Assembly: GCA_043803685.1 (NCBI GenBank)
Contig: JAZDJU010000110.1
Coordinates: forward strand, 1 to 16,380
Reading direction: 5' to 3'
Source of the DNA: Candidatus Omnitrophota bacterium
Lineage (GTDB): Bacteria > Omnitrophota > Omnitrophia > Omnitrophales > Aquincolibacteriaceae
Length of the DNA stretch: 16,380 nt
Below, piece by piece: positions 14,856 to 16,380 of the stretch. How positions within the stretch are numbered: position 1 is the first letter of the stretch; each line of letters opens with the position of its first letter. Position numbers and translations under genes: made by a program. Under the pieces are notes generated by a model. It saw only the letters and a program-made list of their open reading frames with translations. It had not been told where the DNA came from and ran no database searches.

Positions 14856-14922
14856 CCTCGCGGGCTTTTACACCCCTAGGAGATTAGCAATCTCCCCCCT
14901 TCAGCCTCTTGGGTACCTCTCC
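14832..14922 (-). tRNA. tRNA-Ser(GCT)
   Basis: GGAGAGG/CCTCTCC acceptor stem, anticodon arm GGAGA-TT-GCT-AA-TCTCC, long variable arm, GGTTCGAATCC, G discriminator and CCA. Confidence 0.97.
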
Positions 14923-15026
14923 GTAATCTATGAATTGTAGCTATCAAAACACTTCGCCGGACAACATTACCAGTCAAAAGATATTATTTCAAGATGACAA
15001 ATACAATCTGTTTTATTGTTCTGATT

Positions 15027-15053
15027 CTGGATTCCTGCCTTCGCAGGAATGAC
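15027..15053. repeat. REP-like palindrome (GGATTCCTGC-CTTC-GCAGGAATGAC)
   Basis: 8-bp perfect stem ATTCCTGC/GCAGGAAT with a terminal GAC, resembling ATTCCC..GGGAAT-type REP elements. Confidence 0.6.
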
Positions 15054-15111
15054 AAGGGTGGACGAGTGGACATCAAAGGTGAGTGTGGGAATGCTAAACC
15101 TATTTTCAGCC

Positions 15112-15145
15112 GGTAACCTTTCGACTTTGCTCAGGGAATATTCTC
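15112..15145. repeat. Second copy of the TTCGAC..GCTCAGG REP-like arm
   Basis: GGTAACCTTTCGACTTTGCTCAGGGAATATTCTC compared with GGTAACCCTTCGACTGCGCTCAGGGAATATACTC at 346-379. Confidence 0.7.
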
Positions 15146-15187
15146 TTCTAACCAACTCCGCCCCCCGCCACATACCAGCCACTATCC

Positions 15188-15424
15188 CTCATTCATCATT
15201 CCTCTTATCTATCATTGAAAATTGTAAATTTTTCCCCCATTTGTCATTCGTCATTCGGATTTCGTCATTTCTATCTTCGTCATTGAAAATTGGAAATTGA
15301 TAATTGTAAATTTTTCCCTCATTCCTCATTCATACTTCATACTTCATCATTCATACTTCATACTTCTTACCTCATTCCCCAATCCCCATACCAGCTACAA
15401 GCTACCAGATACCAGCTACCGGCT
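15188..15424. repeat. Mosaic of degenerate heptamer tandem repeats
   Basis: Runs of TCATTCG, AAATTGN, TCATACT and TACCAGC units. TCATTGAAAATTG...TAAATTTTTCCC occurs twice. Confidence 0.8.
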
Positions 15425-15434
15425 TCTCCCCACA

Positions 15435-16169
15435 CTACTTCCCCAACGCCAACACAAAACCATAAACCCTCTCGACTCCGGCAAGCCGCAAAGCGCGCGC
15501 GGCATCTCTCATAGTTGCGCCGGTTGTGAAAACGTCGTCAACCAACAACACTGACGGCGGCTTTTCCGGTAAAGGGGCGCTGACGGAATAAACATTCAAA
15601 ACATTCGCGCGCCTCAAATTTTGGTCTTTTAAATCCGCCTGCGCCGTAACAGACTTGCCTCGCTTCAACCAAGAAACGCACTTTGCCCAAGGCACGATAG
15701 TTTCTTGAACCGCTTGGCTTATCAATTCAGCCTGATCAAAACCTCTGGCTCGAACGCGCTTGGGCGCGCCAACCAAAGGCTGGATAACCAAACGCTCCTC
15801 CCCTGTCCACGGCCAAGGATCTCTGCGCATATCGCGATAACGCCGCAATAGCTCTTTCACGCTCGGCATCAAGCAGGTTGCGCCGTTGTATTTCAAATTA
15901 TGGATTACGGCCCTCAACCGCGGATCGTGGTAAAAACCCAAAGTCACCAAAGCGTCTATGCGCCGCAAACCCTCCGGCGTTTGGCACTGATGCATTTTCA
16001 ATCCTCCGCAAACCGCGCACGGATCTTTAAAAGAAAATTCAACCTTGCTTAAACAATCCGCGCAAAACCAAGCACCAGCCTGTCGGCAGGCGGCGCAATG
16101 CGGCGGAAAAATCACGTCAAGAGCTGCTCTTGCCAATCTACAATTCCAAATCTTTCCAAGTAACGTCAT
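15435..16169 (-). CDS. comF: ComF family competence protein (double zinc ribbon plus PRTase domain)
   Basis: FPPHCAAC..FCADC..CAVCG, LKY, RGFDQAELI, RRANV, VLLVDDVFTTGATM. The exact start is uncertain (32-nt overlap with the upstream gene). Confidence 0.93.
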   Translation of the reverse strand: MTLLGKIWNCRLARAALDVIFPPHCAACRQAGAWFCADCLSKVEFSFKDPCAVCGGLKMHQCQTPEGLRRIDALVTLGFYHDPRLRAVIHNLKYNGATCLMPSVKELLRRYRDMRRDPWPWTGEERLVIQPLVGAPKRVRARGFDQAELISQAVQETIVPWAKCVSWLKRGKSVTAQADLKDQNLRRANVLNVYSVSAPLPEKPPSVLLVDDVFTTGATMRDAARALRLAGVERVYGFVLALGK

Positions 16170-16380
16170 TTATCAAATAAGTTCCATCTGACTGTTTTTG
16201 AAAAACAACTGTCGCCTCCTTGTATTTTACGGCTGTCGGCGCTCCAGGATTGCCGGCATCTTCCGCCTGTTGCACGCTGAGCACAAAAGTAACGCTCGCC
16301 GCCCCTGACACGGCTGAAGAAGCTTTATTTGATACTACGCGGGTGGTGATGCCGAACATCGGCCCTGCGGCAGGATGCGC
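16138..16380 (-). CDS. Hypothetical protein, C-terminal part (start lies outside the window)
   Basis: The frame is open to the window edge and ends ...GITTRVVS...KYKEATVVFQKQSDGTYLINDVTWKDLEL. Co-oriented with and overlapping comF. Confidence 0.7.
   Translation of the reverse strand, partial: AHPAAGPMFGITTRVVSNKASSAVSGAASVTFVLSVQQAEDAGNPGAPTAVKYKEATVVFQKQSDGTYLINDVTWKDLEL

Noticed and set aside
14967..15554. ORFs of 71-85 aa between tRNA-Ser(GCT) and comF
   Set aside because: They are translations of REP and heptamer repeats (HSSFILHTS-type low complexity).

Overview
Bacterial chromosomal window, probably from a small-genome Patescibacteria/CPR organism (inferred from the style of RpsB, ComF and the intergenic repeats; not provable here). 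The left end holds the 5' part of rpsB with its leader, a GC-rich Cys/Gly-repeat lipoprotein gene, tRNA-Ser(TGA), a divergent sigma-70 family gene and REP-like palindromes. The right end holds tRNA-Ser(GCT), heptamer repeats, comF and a partial hypothetical gene. Downstream of tRNA-Ser(GCT), an 81-bp unit (tRNA 3' end up to the T-loop plus about 56 bp of trailer) occurs three times without gaps (5275-5355, 11043-11123, 14775-14855). It delimits two tandem cargo cassettes that contain no integrase. Cassette A carries Fic, a small ORF and an AEP(TOTE-like)-SF2 helicase. Cassette B is a tightly coupled five-gene operon: archaeal-type SAM synthetase, AlaRS catalytic-domain paralog, peptidase E-like S51 protease, class I methyltransferase and a GluRS paralog with degenerate motifs. 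An intact IS4-family element lies beyond the last repeat. The best candidates for an undescribed system are the operon with two tRNA-synthetase paralogs and the integrase-less cassette array. All family assignments come from motifs recognised by eye; no searches were run.
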